DNA of 58,989 nt, counting the filler, from Basidioascus undulatus (taxonomy: Eukaryota): NCBI GenBank assembly GCA_000826855.1. It is 8 parts of 8 records of this genome, joined end to end, with 100 filler letters (N's around TTAATTAATTAA, not from the genome) between each part and the next. Parts side by side here need not be neighbours in the genome. Positions count along the whole stretch, not along the records: positions 7,405 to 14,702 come from JTLS01001581.1; positions 14,803 to 22,091 come from JTLS01001582.1; positions 22,192 to 29,480 come from JTLS01001583.1; 5 more parts are not named here. One strand, written 5' to 3'. Both the position numbers and the translations under genes were made by a program. The notes beneath the pieces were generated by a model. That model made no database searches, was not told the DNA's origin, and saw nothing but the letters and a program-made list of their open reading frames with translations. Positions within the stretch are counted from its first letter, which is position 1. Every line of letters begins with the position of its first letter. Below, piece by piece: positions 12,822 to 24,395 of the stretch.

Positions 12822-13849
12822 ATGATCCGCCAATCCACCCGCCGCATCTCAGCGCAAACCGCCTCGTTCGCCGCGCGCGCCGCGTACTCGACCGAGCCCC
12901 CCGCCGCCGACGCAGAGGTCAAGCCCGGCCGGAGCGGCCTGGGGCGCGGGGCGGGCGGCCCGCTCAGCCTGGGCGGGAAGGACGTGAACTTGGATGAGCT
13001 GCTTGCGCGTGGGCGTGCAAGGAGCTGGTCGCCGAGTGAGTGAAGCGCTTTTGTGCGAGGTTGAGAGGGCGAGCGAGTGGTGCTGATGATCTGGGTGGGC
13101 ACGCTTCCGAAGGCACCGCCAACCTCGCGGGCGACTCGACGTCCGCGCACCGCTCTAGCCTCGCATCCCGCCTCGCATCCCGTCGTCCCCCCGCCGCCGC
13201 CGCCGCCACCGCCGCCGCCTCCGTCACCCCCGCTCCCTCCCAGGCCGAAGCAGGCCAGTTCGACGACGCCCCGGCGGCAGCTGCTCCCGCTCCTGCCGCA
13301 GAGGCGCCTAAGCCCAAGCCCAAGCCGAAGGTCTACCAGCGTCCCAAGAACGCGGGCCCTACGCTCGCCGAGCAGCTCGCGCAGGCGTCCGCGTCCGCGT
13401 ACGCCTCCTCGTCTAGCTCGTCCAGGCCCTCCGCCTCCGGCGCTGCTCCCAAGCGCCCCCCGCGCGACATGCGCCCTTCGTCCCAGTCCCCGCAGCCCTT
13501 CACCCCCGCGCGGATCACCTCCTCCGACGCCGTCCCCGCGTCCTTCAACCCGACCTTCGCGTCCACTTCCACCCCCTCCCCCGCGCCTTCTTCGACCGTC
13601 GACACCGCCCTGCGGAAGAAGGCCGAGCACCTCTCGCCCGAGCAGCGGCGGCAGAACGTCCTCGAGGCCGTCGGCGGCGACTACTCGCGCTTCCTCCCCC
13701 GCGCGCAGCCGGGCAACCAGGCGCACCTCGTCGAGCAGGCGCTGCTTTGGAGCGGGATTGCGCGCATGGAGGACCGCGAGGTCCTGAAGGCGAAGGTGTT
13801 TGAGGTTGCGGGTGTGAAGCAGGGGAAGGAGCAGAGGGCGAAGGCTTGA
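12822..13849 (+). CDS. Hypothetical protein with a probable mitochondrial presequence, 2 exons
   Basis: Arg/Ser/Ala-rich N-terminus MIRQSTRRISAQTASFAARAAYST; GTGAGT donor near 13036; long GC3-rich exon ending ..VGGDYSRFLPR..KEQRAKA*. Confidence 0.7.
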
Positions 13850-14702
13850 GGGATGGATAGACAGGATGGGTGGGGAACGCATTAGGATCTTACTGCAGGA
13901 GGAAATGATTGGCGAGCCTGATCATCGTCTGTGCGACCTCCGCTGTTGCGAAACATCCAGATAGTCTGCCCGCCTGTTCTCTGTTTCAACAGGTCGTATC
14001 GGTGGACTCTTGTAACCGTCGAAAGTTCTCCGACGACAGTGTCCGACGTCTACGGCTACGAGCTTCACATTGGCCGAGCGGAGTTCCATGCGCAAGGAGC
14101 AAAAACTACTAGTCGTCAGTGCAAAATGCCACCGGAACCGAGCTCTGAAGGCAGCGCCAACTGTCCATATCTGGTCTTCTCCACCCATCGGAGCCAGTAA
14201 ACTCTTTCGAAGTGCTTCGCATGCCGGTCAGATGGGCCCAGATGGACTGAGTCGGGCCGTCCGTGTTAATGACGCGCTGCTGGTTCTCGATTCTCGCACG
14301 GGGATGCCTCTCCTCCCCATCCCCTGATACGGTCGAATGAATCATGACACCTTCAGCAGAGCCTTATATAGACCAGAAAGCTGACGCTAGCTACAAATTC
14401 AGTAAGTGCAACACTCCTGACGGTCTCGTCTCCCCGTCGGACCATGGCGTCGTATGCAAAGAACCCATGCAGACCAGATGCCTGTCAGCGCATCTGACGA
14501 GTGCATTAACTTTCGCAGGCGTCCCGCATTCAACCTCACAAGGATGAAAGACGATGCAATGTGTGCAACCAAAAGCAATGCGCATACTCCCTCTCCCCCC
14601 ACTCCCTCCCTCTCACCTCCTCCTCATCCTCATCATCATCACTAATAATCACCACAGCGCCAACGACAAGGAAAGGAATGATACTCACAGTAGTCAACCA
14701 TA

Positions 14703-14802
14703 NNNNNNNNNNNNNNNNNNNNNNNNNNNNNNNNNNNNNNNNNNNNTTAATTAATTAANNNNNNNNNNNNNNNNNNNNNNNNNNNNNNNNNNNNNNNNNN
14801 NN
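14703..14802. other. Artificial contig linker
   Basis: N44-TTAATTAATTAA-N44. Confidence 0.98.
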
Positions 14803-15462
14803 CCTTCCGCGCCCCCCCCCCCGCCAACCGACCTCCTCTCCTCGCACCTCCCGCCAGAAACCGCCTCACTGCACCTCACCGTGCAGGCGCTCCTCTCGCT
14901 CCGTGGGCTCTCGCCGCAGTTGCACAGCATGGGCGCGCTCCAGCCCAAGCTGCTCACCAAGCTCGTCGTCAACTGCGCGATCAACCCGCTCACCGCGCTC
15001 ATGGGGTGCCAGAACGGGGCTTTGTACACCCAGCCGGCGGCACACGACCTCATCCGCAAGGTCTGCACAGAGGCGAGCAACGTCCTTGCCGCCGCGCACC
15101 CCGACCAGCCGCGCCTATACTCCACCGCCCTCCAGCGCAGCGTGCTCAAAGTGGCCCGCGCGACCGCGGACAACTACTCCAGCATGCTCCAGGACGTCCG
15201 CGCGGGTAAGCACACCGAGATCGAGTATCTGAACGGGTACATCGCCCGCCTTGGCGCCGCGCACGGGGTCCCCACGCCCGTGAACGCTATGCTGCGCGAC
15301 CTTGTCAAGATGCGTGCAACCCTGCCTGGAGGCGAGGCGGACGCGAGGAGATGGGGGCGCATGGAATATAGGGAGAGACAGGAGCGCAGCGCGGAGAGGT
15401 GGAGGGAGCGTGGGGAGCGGTTGAGGGCGGTTTGGGGAGATCGGAGGAGCGGGGATCGGTAG
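14803..15462 (+). CDS. PAN5: 2-dehydropantoate 2-reductase (ApbA/PanE), C-terminal domain, 5'-partial
   Basis: KLVVNCAINPLTAL; NYSSMLQDVRAGKHTEIEYLNGYI; GVPTPVN. Confidence 0.88.
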   Translation, partial: PSAPPPPPTDLLSSHLPPETASLHLTVQALLSLRGLSPQLHSMGALQPKLLTKLVVNCAINPLTALMGCQNGALYTQPAAHDLIRKVCTEASNVLAAAHPDQPRLYSTALQRSVLKVARATADNYSSMLQDVRAGKHTEIEYLNGYIARLGAAHGVPTPVNAMLRDLVKMRATLPGGEADARRWGRMEYRERQERSAERWRERGERLRAVWGDRRSGDR

Positions 15463-15924
15463 GCCAGGGTTGAGGGGATTGTAGAGGGGACGGAGAGGGA
15501 GAGCAAGGAGGAGGAGTAGGATCGCATCGTCCACCCCATCTACAACGCATTTTGCAATCTACGCCGCACCTCTTGCATGGTTGGCTTGCTCGAATCGTCC
15601 TTCGCCGGGCTGCGACCCTTCGTTATGTTTCAGGGTTAACTTGGCTCTACTCTTTGTGGGACTGCACATCATCCCTTTCTCACAACCTACGAACGAACGT
15701 CCAACCTTCAAACGATTCAGCGTCCTCATCCTTCTTATATACGAGTTTGAGCGCTGGTGTGTGTCTGCCAAAGGACTCCGCCGCCCTCGTCCGCATCGTC
15801 CGCATCGCCCCGCCCTCCCCTCCCTTCCTTCCTCCTCTCACCACCTCACGCACTCAATCTGCGATCCCTGACAGCTGCATTCTCTCATTGCACCTGTCAC
15901 TGCTTAGAATCAGCTGCCCGCATC

Positions 15925-17268
15925 ATGGTCCAGAGTCCTCTTCGTCGGATCCCTGTCGACATCATCACTCACATTCTCGCGCTTGCGACCGCCCCCAGCG
16001 TCGACGAGGCACAGCCGGGGCCACGCAACAAGCTCTTCCCCCCGTCTGCAAACTGCTTTATGTGCGTCAACTAGTCTGTCTATACCATTCCCCATGTCCG
16101 TATCCTGACCCTTGGGAGCGTGGAAATCAGCCTATTTCTCAGCGTTGTCTTGTCGAGACCATCACTCTTCGACATCGTGATTCGATCGAACTCCTCTGCG
16201 AAAGCCTCCTGAATTTCGAGCACAGTGGCTTCGAGCTATCGAGATATATACGTCGAATCGACATTCTCATCGACACCGCAGGTTTGCTTCACTCGGAGAA
16301 CTTGCTCGACTCAACGGCGCTTGCCTCCGTCCTTCCGCGCTTTGTCAACTTGCGGACACTCACTTGCACTGGCCAAGATGACTGGGGCTTCTTCGTGGGC
16401 TACAAGCTGCTAAATGCGCTCAGTAATACCACCTCCGATACTCTTGTCCAACTCGAGGTCGACATCGACGGTCAGCAGACCGAGGCCCAGTGCGAGTTGT
16501 TCTTTCATGCACTGAGCCACTTTGGGCATCTGCGCCTTCTTACTTTGGGGCTCTCAGAAGAGGATCCTATAACCCGCAATCACGGTTTCACCACAACCTT
16601 GCACGCGCTTCATGAGCTCGACATTGGCAATCTGACCTGCCTTTCCTGGTTGAAGGGAGCTCTCTTTTCTCAACTTCGCTCCTTGACTTTTTCTTACGAG
16701 GATCATTGGATGGAGCCGCTCCTCAGTTTCGTAGATAATCACAGAAAACACTTGCGGAATCTTGCGATTCAGATGCACGGCGAGCTTACAAACGCAAACG
16801 CAGATCTCAGCACCACGTTGAGCTGTGCCCTGGACTTCGATCGCTGAAGCTCACAACGTTCCCTAACCTTCCAATGCCCGGTTACATACGAAGCTGCCCC
16901 CGTCACTAACTCACATTTTGCTTGGATTTTCAAACACTTCCCAGCACTGCCCCACGGCGATGGAACAGTTTTTCTCCGCCCTTATGGAGACACCTCCTAA
17001 GCGACTCAAATCTGTCACATTACTCCACGAAGAGCTGATCGGCATGCCTTCCGGCGAACGAGAAGAATTCGTTTGGGCCGGATTGCCTGAAGGGGACTTT
17101 CGCACATGGGCGCTTGGGATGAGTTCGAAGCTTGCGCGTTGCGGGGTACAGCTGTGCGACGAGGAAGACGAGACTGCGTCCCACAAGTGTGATGATACTC
17201 TGCATGTAACAGCTGTCGCTTGTGAACCCGCTCTTGTCTGCGCAGGTACCTTGCCTGGTCTGAAATGA
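15925..17268 (+). pseudogene. F-box/LRR-type protein, apparently frameshifted
   Basis: F-box-like start MVQSPLRRIPVDIITHILALA; LRR-like units (VNLRTLTC, HLRLLTL, LHELDI, QLRSLTF, HLRNLAI, RLKSVTL). The frame breaks around 16830-16910. Confidence 0.55.
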
Positions 17269-18129
17269 CCACGCCGCCCATCCCCAGTATCGTAACTGCG
17301 AGTCGAGTCTACTCCGCATTGCTCGCACTCACTAGCTTATGGTGATGTGAATTATAATTGAATCTTCATTCCGCAAAGCGCGGTTCGCAATGTTTGAAAT
17401 CTCTTACGATGCACATGCACAGAGTGTCCGTACTTCTCCCCTCAGTTGTCTTGTCTTGTCAGCCACGTTTCCTCCGTTCAAACCTTCAAACCCATTAGAG
17501 GGGTAAGTGCATGATGGAGCGTATTTACGGTCCCCAACTTCTGTAGTGATATTGTGAGTGCATATACTGTTCGTTGATCTACTCGCGCCTTGCCTACCTT
17601 TGACGTCGTCGTGCACACACTTCCCATCCCGCTCCACCGGCTCGATTCATCTACTTGCTGCGACCACATACCCCGCGTGGCACTGAACCCCTACTGAGGC
17701 CTGAAGAACAGCTGCCCGATATCGAACACCAGCGGACTGGCACCGTGTCTTTGCTCTTCCTCAGCGCGCCTCAGCCTTGCGAGCAGCCGGACTGTCTGCC
17801 CCACAATCCTGCCTTTCCCCCCCGTTAACCCGTTCTCTTCAATCCTAAATTTCATATACATGCTCCAATTTCTTGGAAGCAAATGCACTGTGCTCTCTGT
17901 GCTTTCCGTGTACACACAAGACTGCGGTTAGGCAATGAGGGCAGGCGTGTGAGTAGTATCAGCGCACAACTAGCCAATGCACTCCCCCCACGCCGTGGCC
18001 TCCCCAAGTTGTGGGATTGCAGACGAAATATTGAGAAATTAATCTGCATTCGAGACGGTTTACAAGACACAGATGTATCCAAACAAAGTCCTTCACGACC
18101 CGACACAGCGTCCACGGCCACACCCCGTA

Positions 18130-18749
18130 TCACCACTCGTCATCCTCGTCCCAGCGCCCGCGCTCACCCGGAAGTCGCAGCGACTCGAGAGCTGCGGTTG
18201 CCTCAGCTAGCTTGACGTCGAGCTTGTCCCGCTCCCTGATGACCCAGTCACGTATGTCGCACGCGTCCTCGAGCTCACGGCTGATCGAAGCGATGTCGAG
18301 CTTCAACTGCTGGTTGTCGAGCTTCAACTCCTGGTTCTCGAGCTCCAACTGCTGGTTGTCGAGCTCCAACTGCTGGTTGCCGAGCTCCAACTTCTTCGCG
18401 TACTCGCCCTGCTCCTTGACCTCCCGCCGGAGGGAAGCGATAGTGGCTTTGGACCCCTTCCTCAGCTTTCCCCACCTGTTCTTCGCCGCCTCCAGCTTTC
18501 CCTTCTCCCGCGCCACAATCTCGATGTACTCGTAGCGGTCGGCCAGGCTGTGCTCCCCCTTCCTGGAGCCGGCCGAAATATATCCATCTGCGGCCTTTAT
18601 CTCCTCCTTATGGCTCGTTAGATGGTGGACGGCAGCGTGAAAAATTGGACTCTCACCGACACGGGCGAGGAGGCATCCTCACGTCGGCGCTTCGCGCTGG
18701 GGAAATTCTCGGCGGTGCAAGACACCTTGATTGGGATCGTACTGCCCAT
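18130..18749 (-). CDS. Hypothetical coiled-coil protein, probably 2 exons
   Basis: Exon MGSTIPIKVSC..AKRRREDASSPVS, a GTGAGA donor and CTAAC branch point, then a heptad-rich exon (LELGNQQLELDNQQLELENQELKLDNQQLKLD). The acceptor site is uncertain. Confidence 0.5.
18294..18392. repeat. 21-bp coding tandem repeat, about 4.7 copies
   Basis: Unit TGTCGAGCTYCAACTGCTGGT, read directly. Confidence 0.9.
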
Positions 18750-21127
18750 TATGAGTGTGAGTGCTCGGAGGTCGGTGAAGATGGTGTAGGCGTTGATAGT
18801 ATGTCGCGCTGTAGAAAAGCAAAGAGCAGTGAGGTCTGGAGCAAGAGCAGGCGAGGGGCAGCGGACTCTCCTTATCCTTTGGTGGCGCGCTGTGGTATCT
18901 ACGCAATATTCTGATTTATGCAAGACATGGCGGGAGAACAGCGGAAGCGTGTGCAAAAGAAGGAACAGGCGCGCGCTACTCGAAGAGGCAGTCTGCGACA
19001 TGCCCTTCTGTAGCGTCACTCGATGCCCACAGAGCTTCCTCATATTTCGGAAGACCTGGAAAGATTAGGCAGAGGACGGTGCTGTGTACCTTACAAACGT
19101 TTTTCAGTAGAGGACAGAGCTTGGAGGATCAAGCGCTTCCACCCTCGCGCTGCGACCAGGGAGCAAGCATACATTGAGGTCCTGTTCCTTGCACAAGACG
19201 CGCCATGGCCTGAAGCGACCCTGTCTTTTCTTAAGTAAAACCAAAAAGTGTTCATATTGAACTGTCAAAAGGGTTGAGAGATGGATACGAACAACCATAT
19301 CGTCGATGTGTGCTCAGCGAGAATGTACGACCTATTCTTGCGAGCTTCTGTATAAGTGTCATGAGCAATATGGCTACCGTTTGAAATGCCCTATCCGTGT
19401 CGCAAACCTCTTACCCAAACAAATAGTGAGTGAAGACATAGGCAGATACGTAGGGGGACAAAAACTCACCGAAATCGACCGCTTGTCTGGTGTAGTCGAA
19501 GTTGTCAGGACTTCATCCCCCAGTACTCACCTCGACTCAAGAAAAGTATGTGTCCGAAACGCCCGGCTGCTGTAATAAAAGCAGTTGATGCTGCCCTCTT
19601 TTTGGTTCCATCTCCCTTGCGAGAGACTGCCATTTCACGCTACGCGGTGCATGGCAGCGGACCGTGCGGGGAAGCGGGGCCCCAAACGGTGAGCGCGGGA
19701 GGCCTTCGTTCAAATCCTGCCGCTGCCAAAGTCAGAAATTATTAGCCGAGACGCCGATATCTGTCCTCTTGTACGAGCATCATGAAAAGGCTTCAGCTAT
19801 GTTCTTTCCAAATCAGAGTAATCTCCGTATGTTCTTGCTTCTGGGGGGATGAGGGCGGCTGGCAGCGACTTGCAAGTCGCTGCTGTTCCAACAACACCTG
19901 CCAGTGGCGGTGGTTGCCCTTCCACTTCTTGAACTTCCTCGCGTCGAAATTCTGCCTCGGGTCAGGATAGACTTTATCCAATGTCCCGCCCTTTTAGTGC
20001 AAGTGCAATCGCCCCTGTCCTAGTTGTATTATAGCTTACTCGCGTGGTCCGCAGAACGAGACTTCTGACTTCAGCTCAACGTATCGTTGTGTTTCTCGAA
20101 TCATACGCACGATCAGGCCGTCAAAAGGTAACATGAAACATTGAGGTAAAGGAAACATTGAGGTAATATTTTTCACTGTATAATTATCCGAAGAGCAGGT
20201 GAGCTTAGCGGAGCGACAGCTGCATGTGGATGCTGTTCGATCGCCAGATATGTACACCTACCGCCCCTCTATCTGCTTGGCTCTTAAAGGGGAAGCTCTG
20301 AAGTGGACTCAAGGTATTATCAGTCTTCCCCCCTTCGAGGGTTGTAGGCTACTGCACAACTTAAGAGCGACAACGTCTATTCGCAGTGCAGCGCGCAAGC
20401 TCCCAATCCTGCTGCCTGTTCGGCCTGCATCTTCCCCAAGGGATGGTTCCCAACGGTGTATTTAATGACCTGGGAGCCTCTTTAAATGATTGTGAAGTTA
20501 CCAACCACCGACCAAAAGTGCCACATACCAACGGCCCCTGACAGCGACACACGGCGAAGCAGGACTCAAAACGACCGCCGCCGTTGGTGGCTGACTTCGG
20601 GCCGACTGTCCTCACGGAAACAAAATGAATATCACCAGACTTTAAAGTCCATCAGGGTTCACTGTCAATGAAAAGTGTTGAAGGGCTTGAAACCACCATC
20701 AATGAGACGACACTGCAGCGGCGAGAGATGCCCCTCCTTCTTCTATCTCGCCTCAGAACTATGGATCGCGTCCGGTTGGCCATGGAGCGTCAGAAGTGCT
20801 ATTCTTTTCACGGCATTCAGCCACTCCCAAGGTCTCAGATGTAACACGACCTATCGGTAAACGAGTCGTCGGGAGTGGTGGCGGCAGAAAGTGTACAGCT
20901 TGATGCGTGTTGCTTCTCTCGAGTTATACGCATTCAGACGTCTTATAGAGACGGACTGCAGTCGTGTGTGAACGCCCTGTAACCGTGCGATCTCGCAGCG
21001 AACAAGTGCGCTCAGCCGACGGGAGCACCTACCCCACAGGGCCAACCGCCAGCAACGTAGCAATGTAAGGTATCGTTGTCATTATCCTCGTTCTCTATCA
21101 ATGCTCAAAGCTCAAAACTCTCTCAAA

Positions 21128-21680
21128 TCAGAATGGACAGCTCGCCCCCAGGTGCTGCCTGATCATGTCGGGCGGTACGTCGATGATGCGCCCGCGGACT
21201 GTCAGGCGCCGTAGCCGCTTCGTCGCTTCGAACCTGCAGCGCTTCCACCAGTAAGGTGCTGCCATTGCTACGCCAGATAACACAAGGAGATAGACCCACC
21301 GGTGGCAACCCCCAAACGAAAAGTAGTAGCTCTGCCCATCCTTCTTCACGCGCCAGATCTCGATCGGCGTAAAGACGTCGCCGGCCTGGCAATCCCCCCT
21401 CGCTCAGTCCCCCATCTCACCATGCCTCAGAGTTGAGAAGGGGAAGACACACCTCGATGTCCTTCATGAAAATCTTCACCTTCTCCTCATCTAGCTCGGG
21501 CGGGATGGGGCGGTTGATCACGGTTATGGGCACTGCGCGTCGCGTTGCACGAGCTCAGCGCAGGGCGAAAGGAGGAGACGGGGAGGGGGACGTACCATCG
21601 TGAACGTTCGCGTCGGACGCGGCATTCTGGAAGACGCTGTGCTTGGTGTGCTGTGTGGTTGGTGCGTCGGAGGAAGACAT
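21128..21680 (-). CDS. SRX1: Sulfiredoxin, 4 exons
   Basis: VPITVINRPIPPELDEEKVKIFM; TPIEI; catalytic motif YYFSFGGCHR-FEA; canonical introns. Confidence 0.93.
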
Positions 21681-22091
21681 GATGGTGATGATGGTTGGAA
21701 GAGAGAGAGGTGGGTTCTCGAGTTGGAGAAGACCAAGAGCGAGCGGCAAGGGGGCGAGGCTGCGTCATGCCGGCTGAACATTTCTTTCTGGTCCAGATCT
21801 TATCAATCTCAAGTTCCCCGGACATTCCGCGAAACTTTGAGGCTCAAACGAAGAAGCAAACAAACGTTAACGAACGCGGTCATGGCACTCATGGACCTCC
21901 GCATGGAAAATCAATAGGGTCGAATGGCGACCGCGTGCGTTTCGAGAACAATCACCAGGCGGTTGGTGACCGACCTCGCCTCGTTGCGCTCACAGGATCA
22001 CGGAGTCCCGCTGCGACCGTCTGCGTCGGGTCCGTGAGCTCGCGGTTGAACAGGTGGTCGTCAGCACGTAGAGTCGGTCGCGTGTCGGGGC

Positions 22092-22191
22092 NNNNNNNNN
22101 NNNNNNNNNNNNNNNNNNNNNNNNNNNNNNNNNNNTTAATTAATTAANNNNNNNNNNNNNNNNNNNNNNNNNNNNNNNNNNNNNNNNNNNN
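22092..22191. other. Artificial contig linker
   Basis: N44-TTAATTAATTAA-N44. Confidence 0.98.
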
Positions 22192-24395
22192 GGTGGATGT
22201 CGTCTGCGAGGGGGGGAGGAGGGGGGTTTGGGGGGGCGAGAGCGGCGGCATGGCGATCTGCGAGAGTGTTGCGGCCCACCATGCCCACCGGACGATCTAT
22301 AGTCGACGAGAAGGTCAGCGCTCACCCCCGCCCCGGGCAGCCCCGGCCCGGTGTATGTTTCCATCAGTTATAAATGTACAGAAAGGGGAGATCGCGCCAG
22401 TGTGAGAGATACCGCTTGATGAACATGCGAGTCAGTTCGGTCGAGGATCGAGGAGCACGCCAGCCCAAGTGAGCGGTGCGAAATGAGACTCTGTTCTTGC
22501 ACTGCTGGCCCTGAGACCTTGCAGATTGTTGATTTAAACATGATAAGAATGGGAGGGTGCGGAGGCATCGCCTTCTACCTACCTGGCCCGCTTTCAGCTG
22601 TAACTTGGGCCTGGCGGCGGGGTGGTGGAGGAGGGGAGGGGGAACGGACGGCGCGAGGGTCTTGAGTCCATGAACCCCAGGAAGACAGTCAAGACAACTT
22701 CTATAGCTATAAAATGAGGGAACAGTCAGTTCGGTCCGCCGCTCATGATGGACAGGCAGTAACGTATCGCGGCTAGAAGTCGTACATGGTACGCTCCCGA
22801 GCGCCCCGTTTTGATTCTGATCTTCACGAAGCTCCCATCTTCCGTCTACGAGCTCTAAGTTCCATAAATCAAGTATCTATCAAACACAGCTTTCTGATCC
22901 CAGTAGTCCCTAACTGCAGACATTTTCTAGCGGCAGTAGGTGCAGGTCTTAGGTAAGCGACAGAACGCCGAGCGACTTGCCGGGCTCCAAGCTCACGAGG
23001 ACTTCATAAGGGATCAGAGCTTTCAACTTGAGCTCCTCAGGAGCACCGAGTGGAGTAGCCGAGTGATACGTCTCGGCTCGATTGCAGTTCGGACGACGCA
23101 TCCATGCCTTGGCTGTACTGTTCCCCAGTGACTGCTCTCGCCATTTTTCTGAACCAGTCTCTCACGTCCTGTCCGTCCCTATTCCAGACAGAGATCCCCA
23201 AAAATGTTCCCATGTACTTCCATCGGGCCGTCCCGTGGAACCGGTGGATACTCCTCTACCCGCTCTACACGCTTTCATCGCAATGCCCAAAGCCCAAACC
23301 CACCTCCTCTCTGATAAGACATCACTTCCTCTCTCCTTTCCAAGCTTTTACCATCACACCTCTTCTCCCTCTCTTTCTCTTCTCGACACGGAGCGAGCAG
23401 CAGAGGTCCTCCCATCGCACCTCGCGCACCGCTGGCGGACCCGATGCTACCCACAATGACACGGCGGTCAGTCAGGCTGAGGTCGCCCAGCCTGCCGCAT
23501 TCTTCTTCTGCGCCAGCTTCTTGACCCTAAGCCACCAGGCCATGACGCATACTTTGCTTTCGTTCCCCACCATTACACTGTTCCCTCATACCCATCCGCT
23601 CGCCGATCTTCTGTCTAGATTTCCTGCCTGTGCCAACGCCCTGATGAAATGCTGTCGTTGGCTCGGTTGCCTTGGCCAGTCAGTCAGTGGCTTCTGTCCA
23701 TCTTTTCAACGGCACCGACAACCAGCATCCGGTTGCAGCCAGTTGAAACGACTGCGCGCAGCGGCTGCGAACATGAAACGTATTTTGTGAAAGTGAGACA
23801 CGCGGGAGAGCCGCTAACATGGCAAGCTGCGGCCGGCGCAGAGGTGCAGGTGCTGCTGCCCCGACTCATGCGCTGGCAAAAGGCAAATGGGTGGTGAGCT
23901 GTAACCTGCATCAGTAGATGCTGAACACATAAAAACTGTTGGAAATGGACAGCTGCAGGCTTCGAGAAACACCCAGTGTAACCGGTTCAAGTGCAGCGAT
24001 GAATGAGCAGCGGCCCGTTCGCCGTCGCGCCGCTGCCGCCGCCCGCCCCTTGCTTGCTTGTCTCCTCTCCACGCCCGCCTCGCAGTGGGCAAGTGGTGTT
24101 GATTTGACGACCACCACGTCCTGATACCTCGCCCTAGGGCTTCCTACTTCCTCCCCCTTCCTCCCGAATTCCGCGTTTCCCTTTGCGATACCCCCCAATT
24201 CGCCTTTCATACCCCCCCCCCCCGCGGACTTCCTCATCCGGCAGCAATCTCAACCGTCGATCTGCCGCCCTCCATCCTACGCCCTTCCTCCCCCCTCTCG
24301 ACTCCTCATCTGAACGCCCGACTCTTCACCGAGCTCGAGATTTGGTCGCCCGCTTATCTGGCGCCCACCGTTTCACCCGTCTCTGAGGAGGCACC

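Noticed and set aside
12443..13882. 479-aa minus-strand ORF, and similar long antisense ORFs over kinesin and PMR1
   Set aside because: These are shadow ORFs of GC3-rich genes on the opposite strand.
18294..18392. CRISPR-like array
   Set aside because: The units are contiguous with no spacers, are in-frame coding, and lie in eukaryotic DNA.
22192..22251. Possible minus-strand gene start (MPPLSPPQTP) running into the gap
   Set aside because: Only 20 codons, too little to support a call.
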